Made by a program: the position numbers and the translations under genes. A DNA stretch of 64,000 nt, from NCBI GenBank assembly GCA_034520565.1, contig JAXHNL010000002.1, forward strand, positions 1,152,001 to 1,216,000. Direction: 5' to 3'. This DNA comes from Halodesulfurarchaeum sp. Lineage in GTDB: Archaea > Halobacteriota > Halobacteria > Halobacteriales > Halobacteriaceae. Under the pieces are notes generated by a model, which was not told where the DNA came from, did not search any database, and was given only the letters and a program-made list of their open reading frames with translations. Numbering within the stretch: the stretch's first letter is position 1; the number at the start of each line of letters is the position of its first letter. Positions 9,900-20,071 of the stretch are shown one piece after another.

Positions 9900-11432
9900 A
9901 TGCCAGAACTCGACATCAATCCGACGACACGAATCGAAGGCCACCACGGGATCACCCTCCAGCTCGACGAGGACGGGACGGTCACCGAAGCAAAGAGCAA
10001 GATGGAGATGTTTCGGGGGGCGGAGATCGTCACCCTCGGCCGACCGCCCTCGGACGCCCCCCAGATCACGGGAATGGTCTGTGGGGTCTGTTTCCTCTGT
10101 CACCGTCTCTGCTCCTCGAAGGCCGCAGAGGACGCGGCAATGAACGCGGGCGTCTTCGACGGGCCGCCGCGGAACGCCGTGCTCCTCAGGGACGCCGTCG
10201 AGGGGATCTTCTACCTGTGGAACCACGCCGTCCACCTCTTCGCGCTGGTCGGTCCGGACTACAGCGACGCCGTCGCCGGGACCGGGTTCGACCGACTCGA
10301 CCCGCTCGAGGGCGATGGATACATGGGGGCAATGGAGAACCAGCGCAAGATCATGAAGGCCCTCGCGGAGTTCGGCGGCCGTGCACCACATCCCGTCGCC
10401 TACGTGCCCGGCGGGATGGCGACCAGGCCCGACGTATCGACGTTCGAGGCGGTGAAGTCCCGTGTAGCGGAGGTGAGCAACTGGCTCGGACCGACTTCGG
10501 CGGTGCCGGAGGTTCTCGAGAACGTGCTGGCCGGCGAGTTCGACCCGGAACTGGGCGAAGGGCTCCACGACATCGTCTCGATCCTCGCCGCGGCCTATCA
10601 GGAAGGGGCTGCCGACATCGGCGAAGGTCCCGGTCGCTTCTACAGCAACGGGATCTTCGAGAACCCGGATTCGGACGAACTCTTCCTGCGACGAGGCGTC
10701 TACCGGAACGGGTCCCGGGAATTCCTCTCGAAGAGCGAAATCGTCGATGCCATCATGGAGGACACCGAGTACTCCTGGTACACCGACGACTCGGGCGGCT
10801 CGCCGACGGAAGCTGGCCCGCCGAATCCGGCCCCCGACAAGGACGGGGCGTACTCCTGGGGGAAGGCACCCCGCTTCGATGGCGAGTCCATGGAAGTTGG
10901 TCCGCTGGCCCGGATGGTCATCTCGGATTACGACCCCTTCGACCTGCGGGCGGACCTCGGGGGTGGTGCGGAAGAGAGCAATACACTCAACCGGCTGATC
11001 GCCCGCGCCCAGGAGGCCCTGCTCGTCCGCGATCAGGTCCTCGAATGGCTCGACATGATCGACCCGAGCGGGTCGTTCATGGCCGAGGACTGGACCGACG
11101 ACTTCACCGGGAACGGGGTGGGCCTTTTCGAACCGTCCCGCGGCACCCTCTCACACTACATGGACGTCGAGAACGGTGAGATCGAGCGCTACCAGATCAT
11201 CACACCGACGATCTGGAACCTCGGTCCCCGTGACAGCGAGGGCCAGCCGAGTCCGCTCGAAGAGGGGGTCGTCGGCGACGTGGTCGAGGACGTTGACAAT
11301 CCGCTCACCGTCATGCGGACGATCAGGTCGATGGACCCCTGTCTTGCGTGCTCGGTCCACGTGCAGAGCCCCACCGAGGATTACGAGACCTCGGTCGAAC
11401 CGGCCGCGCCTGATATTCCCACGGGGTTGTGA
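9900..11432 (+). CDS. [NiFe] hydrogenase large subunit (group 1 type)
   Basis: TRIEGH, L1 CGVC..H, YSWGKAPR, EVGPLAR, EPSRG, L2 DPCLACSVH plus a cleavable C-terminal extension. Confidence 0.95.
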   Translation: MPELDINPTTRIEGHHGITLQLDEDGTVTEAKSKMEMFRGAEIVTLGRPPSDAPQITGMVCGVCFLCHRLCSSKAAEDAAMNAGVFDGPPRNAVLLRDAVEGIFYLWNHAVHLFALVGPDYSDAVAGTGFDRLDPLEGDGYMGAMENQRKIMKALAEFGGRAPHPVAYVPGGMATRPDVSTFEAVKSRVAEVSNWLGPTSAVPEVLENVLAGEFDPELGEGLHDIVSILAAAYQEGAADIGEGPGRFYSNGIFENPDSDELFLRRGVYRNGSREFLSKSEIVDAIMEDTEYSWYTDDSGGSPTEAGPPNPAPDKDGAYSWGKAPRFDGESMEVGPLARMVISDYDPFDLRADLGGGAEESNTLNRLIARAQEALLVRDQVLEWLDMIDPSGSFMAEDWTDDFTGNGVGLFEPSRGTLSHYMDVENGEIERYQIITPTIWNLGPRDSEGQPSPLEEGVVGDVVEDVDNPLTVMRTIRSMDPCLACSVHVQSPTEDYETSVEPAAPDIPTGL

Positions 11433-12469
11433 TGACTGGGGAACAACACGACGGTCAGGACAAAGACACCAAGGGCCAGGACGGGGACTCCGACGGCCGG
11501 GACGGCGACCCTCCCCGAACCGATGGCGGCGTGACGGCGGATGTCGAGGGTGGTGAGTCACCGGGCTGGCTCGCCGGCATCTGGCTCGAACTGGCCAACG
11601 AGCACGAGCGCTTCGAATACCTGAAAAAGGAGGACCGGACGTACCTCGACTTCCACAGCTGGGGGACCATCCTCTCCCACTGGTTGATGGTCCTCTTGAT
11701 GGTGGTCGCGACGGTGACGGGGCTGACGAAGTGGCTCGGCATCTACGGGCCGCTGAAAATCGGGATCTTCGACGGGTATCACGTCGCGTTTCTCGGCCAC
11801 GTCTGGGCCGGGGTGCTTTTGGCCGTGTTCGCCTTTCTGCTGTACCCGTTCTATTCGTTCGTCGTGGACGGGAAATCACCACTGGTCACGACCAAACAGA
11901 TCAAAGAGCAGATCATCGTCGCCCTGGCATTCGTGGGACTCGCGAGTTACATTCCCGGCTATAAGAAGGCGAGACGGACCTACGACGCGGTAAACGAGGA
12001 ATGGGTGGCCCACCACCCGACCCAGAAGGCCTTCTGGTATGCGACGTGGTTTTTCGTCGCCGTCCTGACCCTCACGGGCTTTGCCCTCTGGGAGAGTCTC
12101 TCCTCCGAATCGGTCTGGTGGATCGCGGCACTCGGGTTCATGGAGGGATGGGTGTCCTTCGAGCTGATGCTTCGGATTCACCTGATCGCGACGGTCCTGT
12201 TCTTTGTATCCGTCCTGCTTCACGCGTATTTCCCGCTCGTGCCGTCGAACTGGGATCTGCTGAACACGATGATCCACGGCAAGTTACTCGGCTGGCGCGT
12301 CGACGAGGAGTCAAAGCCCGCCCACCGGGGCGCCGCTCGGTCGAAAGACGCGCTTTCGGGTCCGCTCGCGGGCATCGCGCGGCTTCTGGGAACAGGGCCG
12401 GAACTTCAGGAACAGATGGACGGTCCGGAACCGGATACCGCTGAGCAGCCACCGGAGGACGCGGAGTGA
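11432..12469 (+). CDS. Hydrogenase-associated cytochrome b membrane subunit
   Basis: Four TM segments with His ligands (SHW, GHVW, RIHL, LHAY) and a HHPTQK motif; directly follows the large subunit. Confidence 0.85.
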   Translation: MTGEQHDGQDKDTKGQDGDSDGRDGDPPRTDGGVTADVEGGESPGWLAGIWLELANEHERFEYLKKEDRTYLDFHSWGTILSHWLMVLLMVVATVTGLTKWLGIYGPLKIGIFDGYHVAFLGHVWAGVLLAVFAFLLYPFYSFVVDGKSPLVTTKQIKEQIIVALAFVGLASYIPGYKKARRTYDAVNEEWVAHHPTQKAFWYATWFFVAVLTLTGFALWESLSSESVWWIAALGFMEGWVSFELMLRIHLIATVLFFVSVLLHAYFPLVPSNWDLLNTMIHGKLLGWRVDEESKPAHRGAARSKDALSGPLAGIARLLGTGPELQEQMDGPEPDTAEQPPEDAE

Positions 12470-13014
12470 CCATGGCCGGATCAGGCAAGACGGATGGCGT
12501 GGCCGGACCCGCCCGGACCCCGATCGCCCAGGAGGACGAGACGGCCACGGAACTGGCGGTCGTCGCCGTCGGGAATCCGATCATGGGCGACGACGGCGTC
12601 GGTGCCAAGGTGGTGGAGGCCCTCGAAGCGACGGCAGTCGGGGACCGCCCCGACGTCACGCTCGCGAACGGCGGGACGACGGCCTTCTTTGCGCTGGAGG
12701 CGATGAGTGGCTGCAAACGGGCAATCGTCGTGGATGCTATCTCCACCGGCGCCGAGCCGGGGACCGTCCAGACGTATCGGTACGTCGACGGGGCCTTCGA
12801 GGACGATATTCCGGAGATGACGATGCACGACTTCTCCTTCGCCGAGGCCCTCCGCGCCGGTCGGGAGGCCTACGACCTCCCCGCTGAAGTGCTCGTCTTC
12901 GGGGTCGAACCGAAGCGGATCGAGATGTCCATGGAGTTGAGCGAACCGATCGACCGAACCGTCCCGACCCTGGTGGAACTGGTCCGTGATGAACTCCCCG
13001 AGCGGCCATCGTGA
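12466..13014 (+). CDS. Hydrogenase maturation protease (HyaD/HybD family)
   Basis: GNPIMGDDGVG, VVDA, TMHD. Confidence 0.92.
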   Translation: MTMAGSGKTDGVAGPARTPIAQEDETATELAVVAVGNPIMGDDGVGAKVVEALEATAVGDRPDVTLANGGTTAFFALEAMSGCKRAIVVDAISTGAEPGTVQTYRYVDGAFEDDIPEMTMHDFSFAEALRAGREAYDLPAEVLVFGVEPKRIEMSMELSEPIDRTVPTLVELVRDELPERPS

Positions 13015-13129
13015 CCCCTGTTCGCCCGGTATCGTTAAGCCGCCGGCGACGTCATTCGCCAAGCAGGAGACTATCATATGTCAACATGTACCCCACGAAT
13101 ACTCGACCATCGGACGAGGTGAATGAAGG

Positions 13130-13336
13130 ATGACCACGATCTGGTACTGCACCGACTGTGAGACCCGAATCGACTCGGAGACAGTCGAGGACCACGAGTC
13201 CCGCGGCCACCACGTCAAGGGGACGATCCGCCCCGACAGACTCCTCGGCAACGACCCGTGGAACATGCAGGTCGAGGTCGACGGCACACTCGACACGAAG
13301 CCGCGGGTGTCACCCGATGAGGGAGGTGAGGACTGA
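13130..13336 (+). CDS. Small Cys/His-containing hypothetical protein
   Basis: 68 aa, WYCTDC...HESRGHH; SD-like GAGGTG upstream; stop overlaps the hypC start. Confidence 0.65.
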   Translation: MTTIWYCTDCETRIDSETVEDHESRGHHVKGTIRPDRLLGNDPWNMQVEVDGTLDTKPRVSPDEGGED

Positions 13337-13741
13337 TGTGTCTGGGAATACCGGGTGAGATCATCGAGATCGACGGCCAGACGGCCCGGGCGAAGTTCTG
13401 GAACGTCGAGAAGGCGGTCCGAGCTCGACATCGTCGGCGACGACGTCGAGGTCGGGGACTACGTCCTCAACCACGCCGGCTTCGCGATCCGGAAGATTCC
13501 GGACGACGAGGTGAGCGAGACGATGGACCTCTATGAGTCACTGTTGAGTGGCGACGAGGAGGACGCCCTCGAGGAGATCGGCGCGACCGACGCCACCCTG
13601 GAGTTCGGCGATCGGCCGGCCGCATTGGACGAAAACGACCAGTCGGTGACATCGACGGACCGGACTCCCCAGGGCCCTGGCGACGCCAGAACGGGCACCC
13701 AGGACCGCGGTCGCGAACCGACACCCGATATCGATGAATAG
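13336..13741 (+). CDS. hypC: Hydrogenase maturation chaperone HypC (+1 frameshift near 13423)
   Basis: MCLGIPGEI N-terminus in one frame, LDIVGDDVEVGDYVLNHAGFAI in the next. Confidence 0.9.
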
Positions 13742-14840
13742 CGACCAACCGCTCCAGTTCCGGAATCCCGCACAGGCCGAGCAGTTGGCCGACCGCCTCG
13801 AGACGCTGATGGCCGAGATCGACGAGCCGGTCACCCTGATGCACGTCTGTGGCTCACACGAGCAGGCCATCGCGAAGTTCGGCCTCCGGAGCCTGCTTCC
13901 GGACGGGCTTTCGGTTCGAATGGGTCCGGGTTGCCCGGTCTGTGTGACGAACATGCCGGAGGTGGACGAGGCGGTCGACGTCGCAGAGCAGGGCGCGATC
14001 GTCGCGACCTACGGGGACATGTTCCGGGTTCCGGGGACGAAGAAGAGTCTCGCTGACGCCCGCGCCGATGGGGCCGACGTCGAAGTGGTCTACTCCGCCA
14101 GCGAGGCGGTCGAACTCGCCGAGGAGCAACCCGATCGGGAGGTCGTGTTCTTCGCGACCGGCTTCGAGACCACGGCCGCGCCGACGGCGGCGATCCTCGC
14201 GGCCGAGCCGCCCGAGAACTTCTCGGTCCTCTCCGCGCACAAGTACGTTCCGCCGGCGATGGAGGTCGTCGCCGAGATGCCGGACGTGGACATCGATGGT
14301 TTTCTGGCGGCCGGCCACGCCGCCACGATCACGGGCTATGGCCTGTTCGAACCGTTCGTCGAGGAGTTCGACCTGCCGATCGTCGTCGGGGGCTTCGAAC
14401 CGGTCGACGTGCTCCTCGGGATCGAACGGCTGCTCGAGTACATCGAGGCGGACGTCGCCGGGCTGGAGAACGCCTATCCCCGCTGTGTCACCGAGGAGGG
14501 CAATCGGGACGCCATCGAGACGATGTGGTCGGTCTTCGAGAAGACCGCCGGCGAGTGGCGCGGGATCGCCGAGATCCCGGGAGCGAACCTCGTGCTCCGG
14601 GAGGAGTACGCCGAGTACGACACGCGTGCACGCTTCGATATCGAGCCTGACACCGGGGACCTCGACCCGTTGACCGAACAGTGCATCTGTGGGGACATCA
14701 TGGCCGGCAAGGCCGACCCCGACGAGTGTGACCTGTTCGGCGAGGAGTGTACGCCGGGCAATCCAGTCGGCGCCTGTATGGTGAGCAGCGAAGGGACCTG
14801 CAAGATCTGGCACGAGTACGGCGGCCATCCGGACCTCTAA
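13734..14840 (+). CDS. hypD: Hydrogenase maturation protein HypD
   Basis: HVCGSHE, GPGCPVC, GFETT, GACMVSSEGTC. Confidence 0.96.
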   Translation: MNSDQPLQFRNPAQAEQLADRLETLMAEIDEPVTLMHVCGSHEQAIAKFGLRSLLPDGLSVRMGPGCPVCVTNMPEVDEAVDVAEQGAIVATYGDMFRVPGTKKSLADARADGADVEVVYSASEAVELAEEQPDREVVFFATGFETTAAPTAAILAAEPPENFSVLSAHKYVPPAMEVVAEMPDVDIDGFLAAGHAATITGYGLFEPFVEEFDLPIVVGGFEPVDVLLGIERLLEYIEADVAGLENAYPRCVTEEGNRDAIETMWSVFEKTAGEWRGIAEIPGANLVLREEYAEYDTRARFDIEPDTGDLDPLTEQCICGDIMAGKADPDECDLFGEECTPGNPVGACMVSSEGTCKIWHEYGGHPDL

Positions 14841-14842
14841 CG

Positions 14843-15958
14843 ATGACAGGAGACACCACTTCCGAACGAGACGGGTCGAAGGACGACGTCGTTACCCTGG
14901 CACACGGCGCCGGTAGTGGCGCGATGCGCTCGCTCCTGCAGGACCTCGTCGTGCCCCGATTTGCCGGCAATGGACAGGGCGAGGTCGACGGGACCGCGTC
15001 GGGGGGCGGGCCGGAAACACAGGCAGCGGGCGACCGAGATATCGGGCTGTCCCAGCTGGACGACGGAGCTGTCCATTCCGTGGGCGAGGACGCTTCCCTC
15101 GTGGTGACGACGGACAGCCACGTTGTGACTCCCCGGTTCTTTCCCGGAGGGGATATCGGTCGCCTTGCAGTCGCCGGAACGGTCAACGATCTGGCCGTCA
15201 TGGGTGCCACCGAACCGGTCACCTTGACCTGCTCGCTCGTTCTCGAGGAGGGAACCCCGACCGCCGACGTGGAGCGAGTGATCGAATCGATGGCCGCTAC
15301 CGCAGAGGATGCGGGAACGGGGATTTCGACCGGTGACACCAAGGTGATGGGGAACGGCGAGGTCGACGGAATCGTCGTCAACACGGCGGGTGTCGCCTAT
15401 GTCGACCGCGAAACGCCGGTGAGCGACGCGGGACTCGAACCCGGCAACGTGATCGTCGTCAGCGGTGCGCTGGGCGATCACGGTATCGCCCTGTTGTCCG
15501 CCCGCGAGGGTTTCGACTTTACCGGCGACCTTGCAAGCGACGTTGCACCGGTAAACGACATCGTCAGAGCGGCCATGGAGGCGGGGACGATCACGGCGAT
15601 GAAGGACCCGACTCGTGGCGGCTTCGCGAATGCGGCAAACGAGATGGCCGAGAAGGGTGACGTGGGAATCGAACTCGACGAGCAGGCCATTCCAGTCTCG
15701 GGGGCGACTGCGTCGGCGGGCGAAGTGCTGGGAATCGACCCCCTCGCGGTGGCAAACGAGGGGAAAGTCGTCTTCGGCGTCGATTCCGAAGACGCGGATG
15801 CGGTACTCGACGCGATCCGGGGCTGTCCCGGCGGCGAAAACGCCGAAATCGTCGGTCACGCCGTCGAGGACCACGTGGGGCGAGTCGTCGTCGATACGGG
15901 ATTCGGCCGCCGCTACCTCACCGAACCGGACGGGGAAGCACTCCCCCGGATCTGCTGA
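14843..15958 (+). CDS. hypE: Carbamoyl dehydratase HypE
   Basis: LAHGAG, TTDSHVV, GTVNDLAV, DPTRGG, ANEGK, C-terminal LPRIC. Confidence 0.96.
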   Translation: MTGDTTSERDGSKDDVVTLAHGAGSGAMRSLLQDLVVPRFAGNGQGEVDGTASGGGPETQAAGDRDIGLSQLDDGAVHSVGEDASLVVTTDSHVVTPRFFPGGDIGRLAVAGTVNDLAVMGATEPVTLTCSLVLEEGTPTADVERVIESMAATAEDAGTGISTGDTKVMGNGEVDGIVVNTAGVAYVDRETPVSDAGLEPGNVIVVSGALGDHGIALLSAREGFDFTGDLASDVAPVNDIVRAAMEAGTITAMKDPTRGGFANAANEMAEKGDVGIELDEQAIPVSGATASAGEVLGIDPLAVANEGKVVFGVDSEDADAVLDAIRGCPGGENAEIVGHAVEDHVGRVVVDTGFGRRYLTEPDGEALPRIC

Positions 15959-16386
15959 TGCACGAGATCAGCGTCGCCCACGGCATCCTCGAACGTGCAC
16001 TCCGGGCCGCCGACGAATACGGCGCCGAGCGGATCGACGAGTTGACCCTGGAAATCGGTCGAGCGACTCACGTCAACCCCGACCAACTCGTGTTCTGTCT
16101 CGAAGCGATCCTGGCGGACACGCCGGCGGACGGCGCAACGATCCGGACAGAGACGGTCGACCCCATCGCCACCTGTGACTGTGGCTTCCGGGACGAGCCG
16201 GACGAACTGGCCCTCGCGGCCGGCTTTGCTCCGGACGTTCGCTGTCCCAACTGCGGCGGCAGGGCGGAACTCGAACAGGGGCGGGAATGCCGACTGGCAA
16301 GCATCGACGTGCCCGACCTGGCGGACGCCTCGCCGTCGGGCGAAAGTGACACACTGCCGGAGAACCGGCCACCACAATCGCAGTGA
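15958..16386 (+). CDS. hypA: Nickel metallochaperone HypA
   Basis: MHEISVA N-terminus, CDCG and CPNCG zinc motifs. Confidence 0.95.
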   Translation: MHEISVAHGILERALRAADEYGAERIDELTLEIGRATHVNPDQLVFCLEAILADTPADGATIRTETVDPIATCDCGFRDEPDELALAAGFAPDVRCPNCGGRAELEQGRECRLASIDVPDLADASPSGESDTLPENRPPQSQ

Positions 16387-17405
16387 CCACCATGTATCTC
16401 GAAGGACCGACTGGACTGGCCCGCATCGCCGCGTCGAACCGCCGAAACCGTCTCTCGGCGGTGGTTTGGCCGTGGGTGAATCGGTTGCTGAATCGCCATC
16501 GCGGATCGGGAAACACGACGGACCCACCCGTTGTGCACGCCCATCGGCTCGGTCACGAGGACTTCGGGATGAACCTGGACGAGCATGCGGCCGAGGCCGA
16601 CGTGCTCGCGGCGATCCGGGAACGGGCCGGCGAACTCCACGAGACGCTGGTCCACGAACACGACGTGTTCGCCGTCGAATTCGTCGGCAGCACGGGCGGT
16701 GGAAAGACCCGACTGATCGAGGAATTGCTGGAACGAGCGCCAGCGGAGGAACGGATCGGCGCCATCGTCGGAGACGTGGCCGGGGAGGACGACGCGACCC
16801 GGCTCCGGGAGTACGGCATTCAGGTCGAGAACATCAACACGGGCAAGGAGTGCCATCTCGATCCCGAGGGGGTCGGGACGGCCCTCGACACGTTCGATCT
16901 CGATGCCCTCGACACCCTCTACGTGGAGAACGTCGGGAACATGGTCTGTCCGGCGGACTTCCCGCTCGGCGCGAGTCTCCGAATTCTGGTCGTCAGCACG
17001 ACCGAAGGGGACGACGTGGTCGGCAAACACCCGCTTCTCGTTCAGGCGGCCGACGCCGCAGTGGTCAACAAGGTCGACCTCGCTGACGCCGTCGGGACGG
17101 ACCTCGGTCGACTGCGTCGGGATATCAAGCGAGCGGCTCCCGACCTCCCGATCTTCGAAACGAACGCGAAAGACGGCGAGGGAGTCGCCGATCTCGCTGC
17201 CTTCTTGCGCTCGCACCGCCAGGCGGAGGTGGTTCATTCACACACGCACGGGACACGGGGCCACGAATCAGGCGACGCTCATGAAGCAGCGGGCGGGTCT
17301 CCTTCCCGCACGGAGCATGGCCTTTCCCCCGATCACGCTCACCTCCCATCGAATCCGGATGGGGTCCCCCACAGTCACACCGGTCCGGGCGATGATGCGG
17401 AGTAA
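16383..17405 (+). CDS. hypB: Nickel incorporation GTPase HypB with a His-rich C-terminal tail
   Basis: GSTGGGKT, TGKECHLD, ENVGNMVCPA, STTEGDD, NKVDL; start uncertain (16383, 16392 or later). Confidence 0.93.
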   Translation: MTTMYLEGPTGLARIAASNRRNRLSAVVWPWVNRLLNRHRGSGNTTDPPVVHAHRLGHEDFGMNLDEHAAEADVLAAIRERAGELHETLVHEHDVFAVEFVGSTGGGKTRLIEELLERAPAEERIGAIVGDVAGEDDATRLREYGIQVENINTGKECHLDPEGVGTALDTFDLDALDTLYVENVGNMVCPADFPLGASLRILVVSTTEGDDVVGKHPLLVQAADAAVVNKVDLADAVGTDLGRLRRDIKRAAPDLPIFETNAKDGEGVADLAAFLRSHRQAEVVHSHTHGTRGHESGDAHEAAGGSPSRTEHGLSPDHAHLPSNPDGVPHSHTGPGDDAE

Positions 17406-17420
17406 TCCGCGCCGTCGGCG

Positions 17421-19808
17421 ATGACCGATTCCAGCATCCGGGCGTCAGTACAGGTCCAGGGCGTCGTGCAAGGGGTCGGGTTCAGGCCCTTCGTGTACCG
17501 CCGCGCGGCGGAGCACGACCTCGCCGGGTCCGTCAGGAACACCGGCGATGCGGGCGTCGAGATCCTGCTTCAGGGAAATTCGGGGGCCGTCGACGCGTTT
17601 CTTGCCGATCTTCGGGACTCCCCACCGCCGCTGTCGCGAGTGACGACAGTGGAAGTCGATCGACGGCCTGTAACGAATGTGGAACCGCTCGAACACTCAG
17701 AGGAGTTCCGAATCCAGGAGTCCGTCGACAGTGAGGGCGGGACCGGAACCATCCCGCCCGACACGGGGGTCTGTGACGCGTGTCTCGCGGACATTCGCGA
17801 TCCGGACTCGCGATATCACCGGTACTGGGCGACCTCGTGTGTGGACTGTGGGCCCCGGTATACCGTCATCCGGGACCTTCCGTACGACCGCCCACGCACC
17901 TCGATGGACGCCTATCCCATGTGTCCCTCCTGTCAGTCCGAGTACGACGACCCGGCCGATCGCCGGTATCACGCCCAGACGATCGCCTGCCCGGACTGTG
18001 GACCGACACTTTCCCTCCAGGAATCGGCCGAAGCCGGACGCCGGGAGCGAGCGACGGGTCCGGCCGCGCTCCAGGCCGCCGCCGCTCGACTTGCCGCGGG
18101 CGAAATCCTCGCCGTTCGAGGCGTCGGAGGCACACATCTCGCTTGCGACGCGACGAACGCGACAGCCGTCGAGCGCTTGCGCGAACGGACGAACCGTCCG
18201 GGGAAACCGTTCGCCGTGATGGCACCGACCATCGACCACGTTCGCTCGGTCGCCTCGGTCACGGCCGCCGAGCGGGAACTGCTCGAAGACGTTCGGCGAC
18301 CCATTGTCGTGCTCGACCGGGACGACGGTGGGCAACTCGAGGGGGTTGCCCCCGGACTCCACACGATCGGGGTGATGCTTCCCTATGCGGGGTTGCACCA
18401 CCTCCTGTTCGACCCCGGTGCGGGCGACGGCTCGACACGGGGGACCGCTCACCTCGACGGCCCGCTGGTGATGACCAGCGGGAATATGCCCGGCGAACCG
18501 ATGTGCGTGACCGTCGATTCGATCTTCGAGCAGCTGGGTCCGGTGATCGACGCCGCGCTCGTCCACGACCGGGAGATCGTCGCCCGGTGTGACGACAGCG
18601 TCCTCCGTTCGGTCGACGGCACTCGACGATTCCTCCGCCGATCGCGGGGATGGGTCCCCCAGCCGCTCCCGCGTCGCGGAGCGGGGCCCGCAATTCTCGC
18701 CGTCGGGGCAGAATTCGACGCCACCGTCGCGCTCGCCAGGGACGACGAGGTGTTCCCCTCACAGCACCTCGGGGACGTCGATGGCCCTGCAACGGAGGGA
18801 TTTCTCCGGGAGACGGTCGATCATCTCACCGGATTGCTCGGCGTCGAGCCCCAGGTCGTCGCCTGCGACGCTCACCCGGACTTTCTCACGAGCCAGTTCG
18901 CTGAGGAGCATGCCGATCGGCTCGATACCGATTCGGCTGGGCAGTCGAAATCAGCCGACAGGGCCAGTGACAAAGGACCGATCCGCGTCCAGCACCACCA
19001 CGCCCATGCGGCCTCGCTTCTCGGGGAGCACGATCTCGACCGCGCGATCGTGATCGTCGCCGACGGGACCGGATACGGGTCGGACGGCACGATCTGGGGT
19101 GGAGAGGTGCTGGACGCCACGCGGGCCGATTTCGAACGAGTCGGGGGCCTCGATACCTTTCGGCTTCCAGGTGGGGAAGCGGCCATCGAGCGACCGGCCC
19201 GAATCCTCGCGAGCCTCCTCGACGATCCGGCCCGAATCGACGCCGTGGTGACCGAACGGACCTCGCTTTCCGTGGACGAGGCCGCGACAGTCAGGGCCAG
19301 TCTCGAGGCAGGCGTCAACGCGCCAGCGACCACGAGTGCCGGTCGGTTTCTCGACGCCATGAGTGCCCTCCTCGGGGTCTGCACCGAGCGTCGATACGAG
19401 GGGGAGCCGGCGATCAGGCTCGAAGCTGCCGCTGCAGGGGCGGACCCACTCGATCTGGAATTGCCGTTCGCTCGTCGGGACGGCCATCGAGTTCTCGACG
19501 TCCGCTCGCTGGTTCGACAGTTCGACGAATTGGTCGGGACCGAATCGACCGGCGTTCTCGCGGCGACGGCCCAGGACGCCCTCGCTCAGGGACTCGCGTC
19601 GATCGCGATCGAGGCTGCGAGAACTCGTGGTGTCGACGCAATCGGCTTCTCCGGTGGCGTGGCGTACAACGAGGCGATTTCGCGGCGCATTCGAAAACGG
19701 GTCGAGGTCGTCGACCTCGAGTATCTCGATCACGAGCTGGTCCCTCCGGGCGACGCCGGCATCTCCTACGGGCAGACCCTCGTCGCCTCGGCCCGTCTCG
19801 ATCAGTGA
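17421..19808 (+). CDS. hypF: Carbamoyltransferase HypF
   Basis: GVVQGVGFRPFVY acylphosphatase domain, zinc fingers (CGPRY, CPDCGP), QHHHAH, DGTGYG, PGDAGISYGQ. Confidence 0.96.
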   Translation: MTDSSIRASVQVQGVVQGVGFRPFVYRRAAEHDLAGSVRNTGDAGVEILLQGNSGAVDAFLADLRDSPPPLSRVTTVEVDRRPVTNVEPLEHSEEFRIQESVDSEGGTGTIPPDTGVCDACLADIRDPDSRYHRYWATSCVDCGPRYTVIRDLPYDRPRTSMDAYPMCPSCQSEYDDPADRRYHAQTIACPDCGPTLSLQESAEAGRRERATGPAALQAAAARLAAGEILAVRGVGGTHLACDATNATAVERLRERTNRPGKPFAVMAPTIDHVRSVASVTAAERELLEDVRRPIVVLDRDDGGQLEGVAPGLHTIGVMLPYAGLHHLLFDPGAGDGSTRGTAHLDGPLVMTSGNMPGEPMCVTVDSIFEQLGPVIDAALVHDREIVARCDDSVLRSVDGTRRFLRRSRGWVPQPLPRRGAGPAILAVGAEFDATVALARDDEVFPSQHLGDVDGPATEGFLRETVDHLTGLLGVEPQVVACDAHPDFLTSQFAEEHADRLDTDSAGQSKSADRASDKGPIRVQHHHAHAASLLGEHDLDRAIVIVADGTGYGSDGTIWGGEVLDATRADFERVGGLDTFRLPGGEAAIERPARILASLLDDPARIDAVVTERTSLSVDEAATVRASLEAGVNAPATTSAGRFLDAMSALLGVCTERRYEGEPAIRLEAAAAGADPLDLELPFARRDGHRVLDVRSLVRQFDELVGTESTGVLAATAQDALAQGLASIAIEAARTRGVDAIGFSGGVAYNEAISRRIRKRVEVVDLEYLDHELVPPGDAGISYGQTLVASARLDQ

Positions 19809-19900
19809 CCCGTGGACGTCCCGGCTTGGGGGATGTTTTGCGGTGAACTGCCGGATGTTTCTGCCGGGTTGCCCCCGCTCCCGCTCGAATCACGTTCTCA

Positions 19901-19928
19901 GTATTACGAAATCGCAATAACGTATTAT
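19901..19928 (+). promoter_or_regulatory. Possible NikR-like operator GTATTA-N16-TATTAT
   Basis: AT-rich patch upstream of the ABC importer; half-site spacing matches the NikR box GTATGA-N16-TCATAC, second half imperfect. Confidence 0.3.
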
Positions 19929-20071
19929 CCGTCGGCTCGCGAATCGTCGTGTTGATGAGTCTCGATGGTGGATCGGGTCCCCCTCAACCGGTCCCCCGAG
20001 AGGCGGCTGACCGGGGTGGCAACCTGGGAGATCCGAGTTCCGCGGGGACCAGCGCGAACCACGGGCCCAGG

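Noticed and set aside
11330-11360. Selenocysteine ([NiFeSe]) hydrogenase
   Set aside because: L2 reads DPCLAC with ordinary Cys codons and no in-frame TGA.
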